Part shown: in pieces, positions 9,373 to 19,348 of the stretch
How positions within the stretch are numbered: the first letter of the stretch is position 1
Layout of the letters: each line of letters begins with the position of its first letter
Source of the DNA: Candidatus Latescibacterota bacterium
GTDB taxonomy: Bacteria > Latescibacterota > UBA2968 > UBA8231
Assembly: GCA_965248265.1 (NCBI GenBank)
Contig: CBDFJF010000002.1
Span: forward strand, 3,328,001-3,392,000
Length of the DNA stretch: 64,000 bases
Direction of reading: 5' to 3'
Translations under genes and position numbers: made by a program
The notes under the pieces: model-generated
Database searches by the model: none
Seen by the model: the letters and a program-made list of their open reading frames with translations, nothing else
What the model was told of the DNA's origin: nothing

Positions 9373-10152
9373 TCATGCACCCGCTTTCAGAACCCTGTCT
9401 TCGAGGACAGGGAATGTCGACCTCGCCTCAGCCACGAGAGAGAGTTCGATGTCGGCCGTCATCACCGTTTCCAGATCTCCTGCCGACGCTTGAGGTATGC
9501 CCCAGGGATCGACTACCATGCTGTGCCCGGCGTACAGCATCCCGTCCTGTTTACCGCAGCTGTTGCAGGAGATGAGGTAGCACTGGTTTTCGAGCGCGCG
9601 CACCCGGTTGAACAGTTGCCAGTGTTCCAGGCGCTGGTGGGGCCAGCCCGAGCAGACCAAAAAGCACTCGGCACCCGCGTCTGACAGGCTCCTGAAGAGC
9701 TCTGGAAAGCGCAGGTCGTAACAGGTGGCCAGACCGAACGTGGCCAGTGGAGTGCTGACCAGTTTCGGCGTTTGTCCCGGGGTCAAAAGCTCGGCCTCAC
9801 GGGATTGGTAGCCGAACAGATGGATCTTGTGGTAATACTCCAGTACCTCTCCTGAGGGCGCGAGGAAGGCAGCGGTGTTGTGCAGCCCGGCATCCGATTC
9901 CGCCACCCAGCTTCCAGCGTAGAAGTGACAGTTCTTTTGCCGGGCGATCTCCTGCATGGCGTGGAGGGTTGGTCCATCGAACGACTCGGCCTCCGCCTCC
10001 ATGCGCTCGTAGCAGAACGCGCCGGTCGTCCACAGTTCAGGCAACAGGAGCAGATCGACATCCTCCAAGGGTTCGATCAGCTTGGTGGCGCGACGGATTT
10101 GCTCCACTTTCGAACGCTCACTGGCGCTGAGTTGAACAGAGGCTATGCGCAT
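9373..10152 (-). CDS. carbon-nitrogen hydrolase (nitrilase superfamily)
   Basis: LPELW, YHKIHLF and TCYDLRFPE catalytic triad motifs; RALENQ; start set at MRIASVQ. Confidence 0.92.
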   Translation of the reverse strand: MRIASVQLSASERSKVEQIRRATKLIEPLEDVDLLLLPELWTTGAFCYERMEAEAESFDGPTLHAMQEIARQKNCHFYAGSWVAESDAGLHNTAAFLAPSGEVLEYYHKIHLFGYQSREAELLTPGQTPKLVSTPLATFGLATCYDLRFPELFRSLSDAGAECFLVCSGWPHQRLEHWQLFNRVRALENQCYLISCNSCGKQDGMLYAGHSMVVDPWGIPQASAGDLETVMTADIELSLVAEARSTFPVLEDRVLKAGA

Positions 10153-10426
10153 CTCGAGGCCCCTAGAACAAGCCATACATCCACTTTATTGACATCCGCA
10201 ACGTATTGATAGAGAATGGGTTGAGCTAAATATTTCATGCAGAATACCACCTTGCGGCGAATCCGAGATACAACGGATCCAAGATATCTGTAGTCTAGCG
10301 CACGTAGATCCCGTAGTGCGACCACCAGCGCATCTGATCGGCATGGGTGGGTAATTGGCGCGGTAATCACTCGGCGAGGAACAAACGTAAGTCTATGTAC
10401 TATATGAAAAAAAACGAAAAAAGGGG

Positions 10427-10456
10427 TTGAGTATTTCTGCTTCTGTGCCGTATATT
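10427..10456 (+). promoter_or_regulatory. putative sigma70 promoter with upstream A-tract (UP-like)
   Basis: TTGAGT-18-TATATT preceded by A-runs at about 10407-10422. Confidence 0.45.
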
Positions 10457-10875
10457 TTACTCCGATTCAACACAGATGTAGTTTTCCTTGTCCAACTCCC
10501 TGATTAATCTAAAGTAAAGACCCTCCCCGTAGAGTTCGCCTGCACAGGCCGGCCTCACGATCCCCAATCGTCGAGACGGTGCTTCAGTGGTTCGCTCTGC
10601 AAACGCAGTATGTGAATCTCCCTCGATGGGTTGTTCCCCCAACCCGGCTAGCACTCCCCATTTGCGGCAGCGCGTTGGCCGCATTCTCTCTCCGATCTCC
10701 CGTTGACGGTAAATAGGGCGATTTGCCGGCGATGGATGCCGTGCGACTCAGCCTCAGGATCATCGAATAGCGGACTCCAACATCGAACCGCTCGTTGATC
10801 CGCCAGTATGCGCTAGTCCTTGGTTCACCCCTCATGCGCACTGGTTGTCACTCATCAGGAGGAGGAGTGCGATAT

Positions 10876-11724
10876 ATGTCCACGCTACAGACCGACACGC
10901 TGGTCGATCAGTATTTCCACGAGATCGAGAGCTCGGTCGGACTATCGGCAAAGGACGAGATAGAGGTGGCAAAAAAGATCAAGGATGGCGATCAAGACGC
11001 GCTCTCGTCGCTGGTCAAGGCGAATCTGCGTTTCGTCGTCAGCGTCGCCAAGCAATACCAGAACCTGGGATTGCCCCTGTCCGATCTGATCAACGAAGGC
11101 AATCTTGGGCTCATCGTGGCCGCCAAGCGCTTCGATGGGTCGAAGGGGTTCAAGTTCATCTCCTACGCGGTGTGGTGGATTCGCCAGTCGATTCTGCAGG
11201 CACTGGCGGAGCAGTCGCGTATCGTACGCCTGCCGCTCAACCGGATTGGCGAACTCACACGGGTCAACAAGGTTCTCACCAAATTGGAGCAACGGCTCGG
11301 GCGGCCACCGGAGACCGAGGAGATCGCCGCCGAGCTCAACGTCAATGCCAATGACATGGATCTGCTGTTGCGCCTGTCTCAGCGGCCAGTTTCCCTGGAG
11401 ACGCCCTGTGACGACGGAGAGCCGGATCGGTGCATCGGCGATCTGCTGCCGGATGACTCGCTTCCGGCCTGCGACGAAGTCCTATCAGAGGATGAGCTGA
11501 AGGACGAGATCCAGGAAGCGATGGGGGCGCTAACCGAGGGCGAAGCACGCGTGTTGCGCATGTACTATGGCCTGGATGGCGAGGAGCCGATGACGCTGGA
11601 GGAAATCGGTACCTACGTGGGCCGTACTCGCGAGCGGGTTCGCCAGATCAAGGAGAAGGCCCTGCAAAAACTGAGGCACCCGAACCGCAGCGACGTGCTC
11701 AAGGAGTACTACGGAGACGAGTAA
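10876..11724 (+). CDS. RNA polymerase sigma factor, RpoD/SigA family (short form without region 1.1)
   Basis: ANLRFVVSVAK, DLINEGNLGL, FISYAVWWIRQ, RIVRLP, TLEEIG...RERVRQI; GGAGGAG RBS. Confidence 0.95.
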   Translation: MSTLQTDTLVDQYFHEIESSVGLSAKDEIEVAKKIKDGDQDALSSLVKANLRFVVSVAKQYQNLGLPLSDLINEGNLGLIVAAKRFDGSKGFKFISYAVWWIRQSILQALAEQSRIVRLPLNRIGELTRVNKVLTKLEQRLGRPPETEEIAAELNVNANDMDLLLRLSQRPVSLETPCDDGEPDRCIGDLLPDDSLPACDEVLSEDELKDEIQEAMGALTEGEARVLRMYYGLDGEEPMTLEEIGTYVGRTRERVRQIKEKALQKLRHPNRSDVLKEYYGDE

Positions 11725-11799
11725 CGACGTCAACACACGAGTGGGGAATCCGACGCATCTGCCGATAGTCCAGAAGAGTTGGGTGGCTCTCCAGCTTTC

Positions 11800-11828
11800 T
11801 TGACAGCTTGGTGACTGACCTCTAGCTT
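11800..11828 (+). promoter_or_regulatory. sigma70 promoter of the tRNA gene
   Basis: TTGACA-17-TAGCTT, ending 11 nt before the tRNA. Confidence 0.7.
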
Positions 11829-11839
11829 TTCGTACCTAT

Positions 11840-11915
11840 TCCGGCGTAGCTCAGCTGGCAGAGCGGGTGGCTGTTAACCACCATGTCGTAGGTTCGAGCC
11901 CTACCGCCGGAGCCA
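11840..11915 (+). tRNA. tRNA-Asn (GTT)
   Basis: Acceptor stem TCCGGCG/CGCCGGA, anticodon arm GGTGG-CT-GTT-AA-CCACC, GGTTCGAGCC T-arm, encoded CCA; 76 nt. Confidence 0.97.
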
Positions 11916-11924
11916 GATTGGATG

Positions 11925-11964
11925 AAGCGCAACTCCTTTGATTTTGAGGGGGTTGCGCTTTTCT
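11925..11964 (+). terminator. intrinsic terminator after tRNA-Asn
   Basis: AAGCGCAACTCCT...AGGGGGTTGCGCTT hairpin followed by a T-rich tail. Confidence 0.75.
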
Positions 11965-12085
11965 GTTCCATGCCCACGGCCAGCCGTTGTCGCGAGTCTT
12001 CCGACCCTCACAAAGCCCTGAGTTCACTCGACACCAAGCCCCAAGCCATCTTGACTATGTAATGCCCGCTTATTGATCTATCCAT

Positions 12086-12327
12086 ATCACCTACATTTTT
12101 TTTGTGGGCGGAGTACTCGCGATGACGGCCATTGGTATGGATATGGCTACAGCTTTCGGTGCGGTAGCTGCCGCCTTGGGCAATATCGGACCTTAGGTGA
12201 ACTGGACCCGAACGACAACTGTTTTCAGACCCCTCTTGTTGGGAAATGGCTCCTGGCCCTTTTTATGCTCCTTGGTCGACTCGAAATCTTTACCGTGCTG
12301 GTCCTATTCTCTCCGGCATTCTGTTGA
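12086..12327 (+). pseudogene. trkH: frameshifted 3' remnant of TrkH potassium uptake permease
   Basis: One frame reads ...AFGAVAAALGNIGP* and the shifted frame continues LGELDP.DN...GKWLLALFMLLGRLEIFTVLVLFSPAF, the TrkH C-terminus; the N-terminal bulk is missing. Confidence 0.8.
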
Positions 12328-12329
12328 AA

Positions 12330-14024
12330 ATGAAACCACTTCTTTCCGAATTTGCTCGCCTCAGCAGCGATCAGGCCACACGCCGAAATCTGCGGCCTCT
12401 TCTATGGCTCCTGCTCATCCTCTTCTCTTTAGTCGTCATCTACAGCCTGATCTTTCACGTGCTGATGGCAATTGAAGGCCGGGAGTTCACGTGGTTGTCG
12501 GGCGTCTACTGGACACTCACGACCATGTCGACGCTGGGGTACGGCGACATAACCTTCACCGGCAACCTGGGTCGCGTATTCTCGATCTTCGTGCTCCTCA
12601 CGGGCACGGTGTGCATGCTCATTCTGCTTCCGTTCACTTTGATACAGTTCTTCTATCTGCCCTTCGTGCAAGCCCAGGCCGCCGCTCGCGTCCCCCGAGA
12701 GCTGCCGGAAAACACCAGGGATCACGTGATCCTCACGCACTTTGATCCCGTATCCAGTGCGATCGCCCGCAAGCTCAAGCAGTATGGCCATTCTTATACA
12801 CTGCTTGCGCCGAGCCTGGAGGAGGCGGAGCGTCTTTCAGACCTGGGTTTCAGCGTAATCTTGGGATACGCTGACGATGCGGAGACCCTTCGCAATGCAC
12901 GCATAGACCGTGCTGCCCTGGTAACGTTGACCTCCAGCGACGTGGTCAGCACCAAGGTGGCGTTTTCGGCAAGGCAGCTGGCGCCCGACGTCCCCATAAT
13001 CGCCACGGCGGACAAAGAGGCATCTGTAGACATCCTCGAGCTGAGTGGCTGTTCCCAGGTCCTGCAACTGCGCGAAATGTTGGGCCGCGCTCTGGCCAGA
13101 CTTGCACGTGGCGGGAAATTCATTGCTCACGTGATCGGTCAGTTCGATGAGCTGCATATCGCGGAGGCGACGGCCACCGGTACCCCCATGGTCGGAAAGA
13201 CCCTTGAAGAGATCGGGTTGCGCAGGGAGATGGGAATCACCGTGATCGGCGTCTGGGAGCGGGGTCAGTTTTCGACTGCTCTGCCCGAGTCCAAGGTCCA
13301 CGAGAACACCGTTCTGGTTTTCGCCTGCAGCCGCGATCAACTGGACCAATTCGAAGATACTTTTCGCGCTTACAACAATGTCGAAGAACCGGTGGTTATT
13401 CTTGGCGGCGGGCGCGTGGGACGGGGTACGGCCCGCTCCCTCGACGCCATGGGACTGGACTACCGCATTGTCGAAAAGTTGCCTGAGCGCGTTCTCAACC
13501 CGGAAAAATGTGTCGTGGGTGATGCTGCGGAGTTATCTGTGCTGGAAGAAGCCGGAATCATGCGCACTTCGACGGCAATCGTAACCACGCACGACGACGA
13601 CTTGAACATCTATTTGACCATCTATTGCCGTCGCTTACGGCCCGATCTTCAGATCATCAGCCGGACCACGGTAGAACGCCACATTCATCTCTTGCACGAA
13701 GCCGGCGCCGATTTCGTGCTCTCCACCGCCTCGATGGGTGCCGACGCCGTCCTGCATTACTTCCTGCACGGTGACACGTTGATGATCGCGGAAGGATTGG
13801 ATGTATTCAGGGTCAAAATACCGGAATTGCTGTCGAACAAAACGATCGCGGACGCGCATATTCGTCGGGATACAGGGTGTACCGTAGTTGCTCTCGGCGT
13901 CGATGGCACGATGCAGGTAAACCCGGACCCTCAATTGCCTTTGCAGATTGACGCGGAAATGCTGCTCATCGGTAGCAGTGCCGGTCAAAAGCGCTTCTTC
14001 GAGCTTTACTCCGACGCCAGGTAA
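12330..14024 (+). CDS. potassium channel with tandem RCK (TrkA-N/TrkA-C) domains
   Basis: TTMSTLGYGD selectivity filter between two TM helices; two RCK units, the second with ILGGGRVG. Confidence 0.9.
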   Translation: MKPLLSEFARLSSDQATRRNLRPLLWLLLILFSLVVIYSLIFHVLMAIEGREFTWLSGVYWTLTTMSTLGYGDITFTGNLGRVFSIFVLLTGTVCMLILLPFTLIQFFYLPFVQAQAAARVPRELPENTRDHVILTHFDPVSSAIARKLKQYGHSYTLLAPSLEEAERLSDLGFSVILGYADDAETLRNARIDRAALVTLTSSDVVSTKVAFSARQLAPDVPIIATADKEASVDILELSGCSQVLQLREMLGRALARLARGGKFIAHVIGQFDELHIAEATATGTPMVGKTLEEIGLRREMGITVIGVWERGQFSTALPESKVHENTVLVFACSRDQLDQFEDTFRAYNNVEEPVVILGGGRVGRGTARSLDAMGLDYRIVEKLPERVLNPEKCVVGDAAELSVLEEAGIMRTSTAIVTTHDDDLNIYLTIYCRRLRPDLQIISRTTVERHIHLLHEAGADFVLSTASMGADAVLHYFLHGDTLMIAEGLDVFRVKIPELLSNKTIADAHIRRDTGCTVVALGVDGTMQVNPDPQLPLQIDAEMLLIGSSAGQKRFFELYSDAR

Positions 14025-14029
14025 CACAC

Positions 14030-15040
14030 TCAACTGCGCGTCATTTTCTTTCCGAACACGACCACGAACAGGGCCATCATGAACGCACCTATGAAAGCTT
14101 GCGCCGCGGCCAGCGGGCGCACAATCCAGATCTGACGCGCTTCATCGCTGTAGCCCAGTGTCGTAAAGGTGACTACGCTGTAATAGACACATTCAGCAAA
14201 GTGTGAGAAGTTAGTCTCCAAACTGGCTGAAGGGTCAAACTTCACTGGCCCCTCGGGACTCAGGATACCGGCGAAGAAATAGCCGACGCCGCAGATCAGG
14301 TTGAGGGCCAGAGCGGAGATGATTACTCGTGGAGGGCTTTCGCCGTAAGCGCAGACGAGGTCGATCAGCTTGGACCATGCCCTGCCCCCCGACCAAAGCG
14401 GCATCTGTTTGCGCCTCATTGTCATCTCCTGCCAGAAGAACCGACCCGCCTGGTTGGCCTCGGCTCGCGCTGCATACACCCGCCGCAAGGAGCGATATAC
14501 CTCCTCGGCCTCGTGGTACTCAGCCAGTGCCTTCTTCCGATCACCCTGACGCTCAGCCTGCATAGCTCGCTGCTCGTTCACGCAGCGCTCACCCCACTCT
14601 GTCCGTTCCAGCCGGGCGCCCTCGAGGCTTGCCCCCAGCAACTCGGCGTTCTGCAGCAGGGCCTCGTTCAGGTTGGCGCCCGCCAGGTTCGCCTTGAGCA
14701 GTACCGCCCCGCGCAGGTCCACATTGTAGAGGCTGGATCCCTGCATGTTGGCCCGGAACAGATTCGCTCCGCGCAGATCGCGGTTCCTCTTGTTGCTGAG
14801 CTTCAAGCCCTCTAGCGAGGCGTAGCGAAGGGAGAAGCCCTCCATCGATTGCCCGCTCTCGGCCCATTCCTCGAGAAGCTCGCACACGTTCCGATCTTCT
14901 TTCGAAATGTCGGCATCGTGCCAGAAGCACAGCCCCTTCGTGCCGTCAACGGAAGCGGCCGGGCAGCGGCTGCCGTCGCTGCGCACAAAGCCGCACGATT
15001 GTCTTGTTGCTTCACCTGAGATCCCGACCTCTTCTGCCAT
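14030..15040 (-). CDS. pentapeptide-repeat protein with C-terminal 2TM ion-channel domain
   Basis: N-terminal C..C..CFWH cluster; A(N/D)LxG pentapeptide repeats; YGESP; YYSVVTFTTLGYSD. Confidence 0.85.
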   Translation of the reverse strand: MAEEVGISGEATRQSCGFVRSDGSRCPAASVDGTKGLCFWHDADISKEDRNVCELLEEWAESGQSMEGFSLRYASLEGLKLSNKRNRDLRGANLFRANMQGSSLYNVDLRGAVLLKANLAGANLNEALLQNAELLGASLEGARLERTEWGERCVNEQRAMQAERQGDRKKALAEYHEAEEVYRSLRRVYAARAEANQAGRFFWQEMTMRRKQMPLWSGGRAWSKLIDLVCAYGESPPRVIISALALNLICGVGYFFAGILSPEGPVKFDPSASLETNFSHFAECVYYSVVTFTTLGYSDEARQIWIVRPLAAAQAFIGAFMMALFVVVFGKKMTRS

Positions 15041-15335
15041 TGTCGACGCGCTCCATATTCCTCAATTGAGAGTGCTCAATTACCCACAATAAAGCCGCGG
15101 GCCTGGGATTGGCAAGAATTTGCCATCAAGACAAGGCTGTGGCTGACGGCCACCGCGACCCGGTGTCACCGGCGGCCGTGACCATAGCGACGGAGTCAGC
15201 GCGTCGCTATCTTGTGGCGTGGGTCGGTCTTGGACCCTCATTTTTCGACTACAGATTTAGCAGGAATTGATGGAATGTTACGTACGGAACAGAGGCAGGG
15301 GATGGTTCTTTAAGCGCTGTTCGGTTGAGCCATGA

Positions 15336-15983
15336 TCACTTCTGCAGCCGGGAAGACTCCTCTTTCTTTACCAGGCCCCAGCTCAACCCTCTTGTAGCCG
15401 TGTCGACGTCGACTTGGATATGGACTCCGTCGTCGTGAAGCAACAGCCGTTGGGAGCCGTCGTCCATCACCATCTGAGTCTCATGGACCGGGCTGCTGAA
15501 GATCTCGATCTGCGACGAGCTCGCCGTTTCGCGACAGAGTACCGAGAATATGGCGACGATCCCCTCTCCTGATCTGGAGCGCTGAGTGCCCGGGCCCAAC
15601 ACGGCCGTATAGTGCAATAGGCGCTGGTTCGCCGGTACCCCCTGCTTTTGACCGTTGGGCAAAAGACAGTTCGTCACCTCCACTGCATCTTGGAAAAACG
15701 GACCTGTTCGGAAGGGAGCCAGCGTGCCGTCGGTCCTGTTCTCGACAATCAGATCGAAGGGCCCCTCAGGCACGGTGACGTACAGCGAAAACCCCGTCGC
15801 TGGCAGGCGCCCAAACTCAGCCTGGATGGCGATGTCAAGGGTATCGCCAACACCCGCTTCGATCACTGTTTCACCGGTCACATGCTGGCTCAACAACAAG
15901 GCCTGACCCGCGGCGGGGTCGGACGTGGCTGCGAGACCAAAGATCAGGAGCAGCGGAATGAGCAAAACAGGGTTCGGTTTCAT
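15336..15983 (-). CDS. secreted protein, beta-sandwich (cohesin-like) with C-terminal SWGLVK motif
   Basis: Signal peptide ending PAAG-Q; VGDTLDIAI and SGEGIVAIF strands; GGAGAG RBS. Confidence 0.65.
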   Translation of the reverse strand: MKPNPVLLIPLLLIFGLAATSDPAAGQALLLSQHVTGETVIEAGVGDTLDIAIQAEFGRLPATGFSLYVTVPEGPFDLIVENRTDGTLAPFRTGPFFQDAVEVTNCLLPNGQKQGVPANQRLLHYTAVLGPGTQRSRSGEGIVAIFSVLCRETASSSQIEIFSSPVHETQMVMDDGSQRLLLHDDGVHIQVDVDTATRGLSWGLVKKEESSRLQK

Positions 15984-16110
15984 AAGAATGCATCTCTCCT
16001 GTTTCGTTTATCGGCTGAAATCTCCTAGGCTTTAATTTTTTTCTCAGAGTGTACACGCCGCCGCCACAGCCTCCTTCGTGCCTGTTTTGCCGAAACAGGT
16101 TGGTTTTTGA

Positions 16111-17622
16111 TCAAAAGTACTGGCCGACGGCCGCCGACAGCTGCCACACCCGTCCTCTGGCCACATCCACCCGGATCACGGGCGTGCTGTAGACGCGCGG
16201 TAGACCGATCCGCATACCGGCGCCCATGGCAACACGCAGGTCGGGATCCATGGAGGGTGGCGACCAGGCCGTGCCGGCGTCCACGAAGACGGCCGCCGCC
16301 AGCACATAGTCAGGCGTTGCCACGAAGGTGGGGCGCGCCTCCAGGTTGAGGATGAGGCGACGGCTGCCGTCCAGACTGCGGGGCTCGTAACCCCGCAGGC
16401 CACGCTCAACACCGAGCAGGAACTGGGCGGCATCCTCGGGACGACTGACGGTGTCAAATCTGAATCGCATCGCCACCGAGTGAATCTCATGCACGCGGTG
16501 GTAGGTCCGCAATTGCGTCGAGGTAAGCAGGTTCCGGTACTGACCGTTCTCGATTCGTGAGCTGATTGAGAAGCTGGCGAAAGCGAATGTCGACCGACCG
16601 ATGACGATCCGTGGCACCAGTAGTGCCGACACTATGGGAAAGTTGCGGTCCGACCCAAGGCGGCGATTGGATAGGGACGTGCGAACGGTCACCCAGCTGC
16701 CTACCTGCAGATCCTCCAGTCGTCCCAACTGTTGCACGTAGCGAGCACGACGGTAACGCGGTTGCCAGAGGGTGATGCCGACGGACGGCAGCACGCGGCG
16801 CCGATCTACCGGCGCATAGGCGAATCCGTTTGTTGTCTCGAAACGGCGATCCTGAATGGCGATGGAAAAGCTGGTGCGCAGTTTGTAGTCGCCGCGACTG
16901 GCGGAGTGTCCGACCCAGGCGGAGCCGTGTTCGGAAAAGTTGCGATAACGGGCGGTCAGCGTTCTGCCCGAGTAGAGTCGGCGGATGCTCTCATGGCTGG
17001 AAAGCGAGGTGCCGTAGGCCCAGCGGGTGGACAGCGAGTAGTAGCTCCGGCTCAACGACAGCGCGACATCGTGTCCTTCAGCGGCGGCAGCGAAATCGCT
17101 CGCGAGAGCCAGGCGTGCGTTGGTGATTCTGGGCAGCCGATGGGCCACTGAACCACGGTTTCCCGTTACCGGGTCGTGAGTCAGCTCGACCTGAGCGATC
17201 TGTCCTCGTCCGAGGAAGTTGTAATCCAGGGCCACCAGACCGTAGCTGAGTTCGCTGGCTTCGCCGGAAAACAGCGGTGACAGGGCGCGGGAGTAGAGAT
17301 CCTGAACGACGACGCTCACGTCGACGGTCGTCTCGTCACGAGTTGAGACACAGATCGAGGCATCCCCGAGATAGAGCAGTCGTCTGAGATTGCGTTCGGT
17401 CTCGGTGATGATGGCCGTATCGAGGGTATCACCAACCTCGAACAACAGCTCGCGCTCGATGATCTGTGTCCGTGTTCGCTGGTTGCCGCTGATCGTGATA
17501 TGCTCGATTCGCCGAGCGGGGACCGAGGAAGTTTCTCCCGCCGCGGCGACAGCTTTCCCCGGTGTAGGAGGTGCAGCGAGCAGGCTGATTGCAGCCAGAA
17601 ACCAGAGAAAGAGGTTGATCAT
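16111..17622 (-). CDS. Omp85/BamA-TamA family outer membrane protein (single POTRA)
   Basis: Signal peptide; POTRA I.ISGNQRTR..IIEREL; NFLGRGQ, GLRGY, FVDAG, GAGMR; C-terminal Phe (GQYF). Confidence 0.85.
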   Translation of the reverse strand: MINLFLWFLAAISLLAAPPTPGKAVAAAGETSSVPARRIEHITISGNQRTRTQIIERELLFEVGDTLDTAIITETERNLRRLLYLGDASICVSTRDETTVDVSVVVQDLYSRALSPLFSGEASELSYGLVALDYNFLGRGQIAQVELTHDPVTGNRGSVAHRLPRITNARLALASDFAAAAEGHDVALSLSRSYYSLSTRWAYGTSLSSHESIRRLYSGRTLTARYRNFSEHGSAWVGHSASRGDYKLRTSFSIAIQDRRFETTNGFAYAPVDRRRVLPSVGITLWQPRYRRARYVQQLGRLEDLQVGSWVTVRTSLSNRRLGSDRNFPIVSALLVPRIVIGRSTFAFASFSISSRIENGQYRNLLTSTQLRTYHRVHEIHSVAMRFRFDTVSRPEDAAQFLLGVERGLRGYEPRSLDGSRRLILNLEARPTFVATPDYVLAAAVFVDAGTAWSPPSMDPDLRVAMGAGMRIGLPRVYSTPVIRVDVARGRVWQLSAAVGQYF

Positions 17623-17834
17623 GACAGTAGCGGGCGATGGGTCGCTGCGGTAGACGATCTGATCGATGGGATTCGTGGCTCCTGGAGGTTCGACTCGCAA
17701 GATTGCGGACAAGTTCGGTGAAGAGGGCGAATACACCAACTGGGCGCCGGTTGCTTGCGTATCTCAGGCACCTTGCGTACCATTCATGCGGAGATAAAGA
17801 CCAGTACAACTGCATTGCCTACAAGGGGTTAATC

Positions 17835-18473
17835 ATGACTTACAGGTTCGGATACAAAATCGGATTCGGCGCTGTTCTGACCGCTATATTGTCGGTGTCG
17901 GCACCGGCTGATGCTGATCTTTCCCTGTTTGTTGGTACTGTGGGCTTCGACGAAGAGGCCAATCTGGAAACTGCTCCGGCGTTTGGCCTGAGATGGGGCA
18001 AGGGGAGTTCGATGTTCGGTGGCGAGACGTCGCTGCTGATCGCGCGCCCGCCACGACAGATAGCGGACTCGGAGGAAACCGCGACGGCCATCTTCTATGA
18101 GGGCCGTTTCCTCATCAACATTCCAGCTGGCCAGTTGAAGCCGTTTGTCGGTGTTGGCGTTGGCGCCGTCACGGTGACCTCGACGGATCTTCCCACGGGC
18201 ATTCCTCAGGACACACAGACAGCCTTGTCTTCGGTAACCGATTTGCAGACCAGTACCTCAATCAGCTATGGTGGCGGGCTGCGATATGCGCTCTCCGAGC
18301 GTATGGATGTGCGCCTGGATCTGCGCCAGTACCTGGTTTTCTCAGTCACTGGAGTAGTAACGAGCGCGGCCGCCCAGGAGTTGCAGAATCAGACTGGTCA
18401 AGATCTTCCCAAGAGCGATGACAGTACAGTGCAGTACAACGAGTTGACTGTTGGAGTCTCATTTAATTTCTAA
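17835..18473 (+). CDS. outer membrane beta-barrel protein (OmpA-like membrane domain)
   Basis: Signal peptide ADA-D; KPFVGVGVG, YGGGLRY, ends GVSFNF. Confidence 0.85.
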   Translation: MTYRFGYKIGFGAVLTAILSVSAPADADLSLFVGTVGFDEEANLETAPAFGLRWGKGSSMFGGETSLLIARPPRQIADSEETATAIFYEGRFLINIPAGQLKPFVGVGVGAVTVTSTDLPTGIPQDTQTALSSVTDLQTSTSISYGGGLRYALSERMDVRLDLRQYLVFSVTGVVTSAAAQELQNQTGQDLPKSDDSTVQYNELTVGVSFNF

Positions 18474-18541
18474 GACTAGCTGTTAGTTTCAAGTTTTCCT
18501 TCCCTTTCCCTTGTCCTGCCACCTCAATTCAGGGGGGACTC

Positions 18542-19345
18542 TTGGGCCTACTGATCGGATCGTTGGAGGCCCTCGGCGCCAAGATCACCGGTTCGCTGGA
18601 GAACGCCTGGCGCCTGAGTGCCTTCTCTGCCGGGGCGCTGGGTGCCGTCATCCGTTTTTGCGGACATCAGGGGTTCCTGGCAGCCTTTCGCGTTACCTTG
18701 CAGCAGGTGTATTTCACCGGCCTTGAGGCCTTGCCGTTCGTCAGTCTCTTGGCGCTGCTTCTTGGATCGACCGTCATCGTCCAGTCATTGCCGCAGTTAC
18801 AGGGCGTTGGCGCCAACGAGCTGATCGGCAAGATTCTCGTGATCAGCATCGTTCGTGAGCTTGGTCCGATCCTTACGGCCATGGTCGTCATCACGCGATC
18901 GGGAACAGCCATGGCGGCGGAAATGGCTACCAACCGTATCACGGGTCAGGTTGAAGCGCTGGAGTCGATGGGGGTGGATATCCTCCACTATTTGATTGCT
19001 CCCCGGATCCTTGGCTCGATGATCTCTCTTTTTTGTATGGTGATGTATTTCGATGTGATCGCGCTGGTCGGCGGATTCCTCGTGGCCAGCATACGGTTGA
19101 CGATGCCGTTTTCTGTCTACCTGCAGTACATCATCGAATCGCTATCCGCACTGGATCTGTACATTAGTCTTTCCAAGAGCATCCTGTTCGGCCTGGTGAT
19201 AACCCTGTTCTCGTGTTATCACGGCCTGCGGGCGCAGCGCGCTCCGTTCGAAGTGCCGATGGTAGCCAGGTCGGGGGTGATCCAGGCCATGTTTTTCGTC
19301 TTTGTCTCGAGTGCCGTCATCTCGGCGGCCTTTTACTGGATTTGA
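18542..19345 (+). CDS. mlaE: MlaE-family ABC permease
   Basis: VRELGPILTA, RSGTAMAAE, ALESMG, YLIAPRI. Confidence 0.9.
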   Translation: MGLLIGSLEALGAKITGSLENAWRLSAFSAGALGAVIRFCGHQGFLAAFRVTLQQVYFTGLEALPFVSLLALLLGSTVIVQSLPQLQGVGANELIGKILVISIVRELGPILTAMVVITRSGTAMAAEMATNRITGQVEALESMGVDILHYLIAPRILGSMISLFCMVMYFDVIALVGGFLVASIRLTMPFSVYLQYIIESLSALDLYISLSKSILFGLVITLFSCYHGLRAQRAPFEVPMVARSGVIQAMFFVFVSSAVISAAFYWI

Positions 19346-19348
19346 ACT

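Noticed and set aside
11890-11915. tRNA-anchored genomic island with attL/attR
   Set aside because: I found no second copy of the tRNA 3' end in the window and no integrase.
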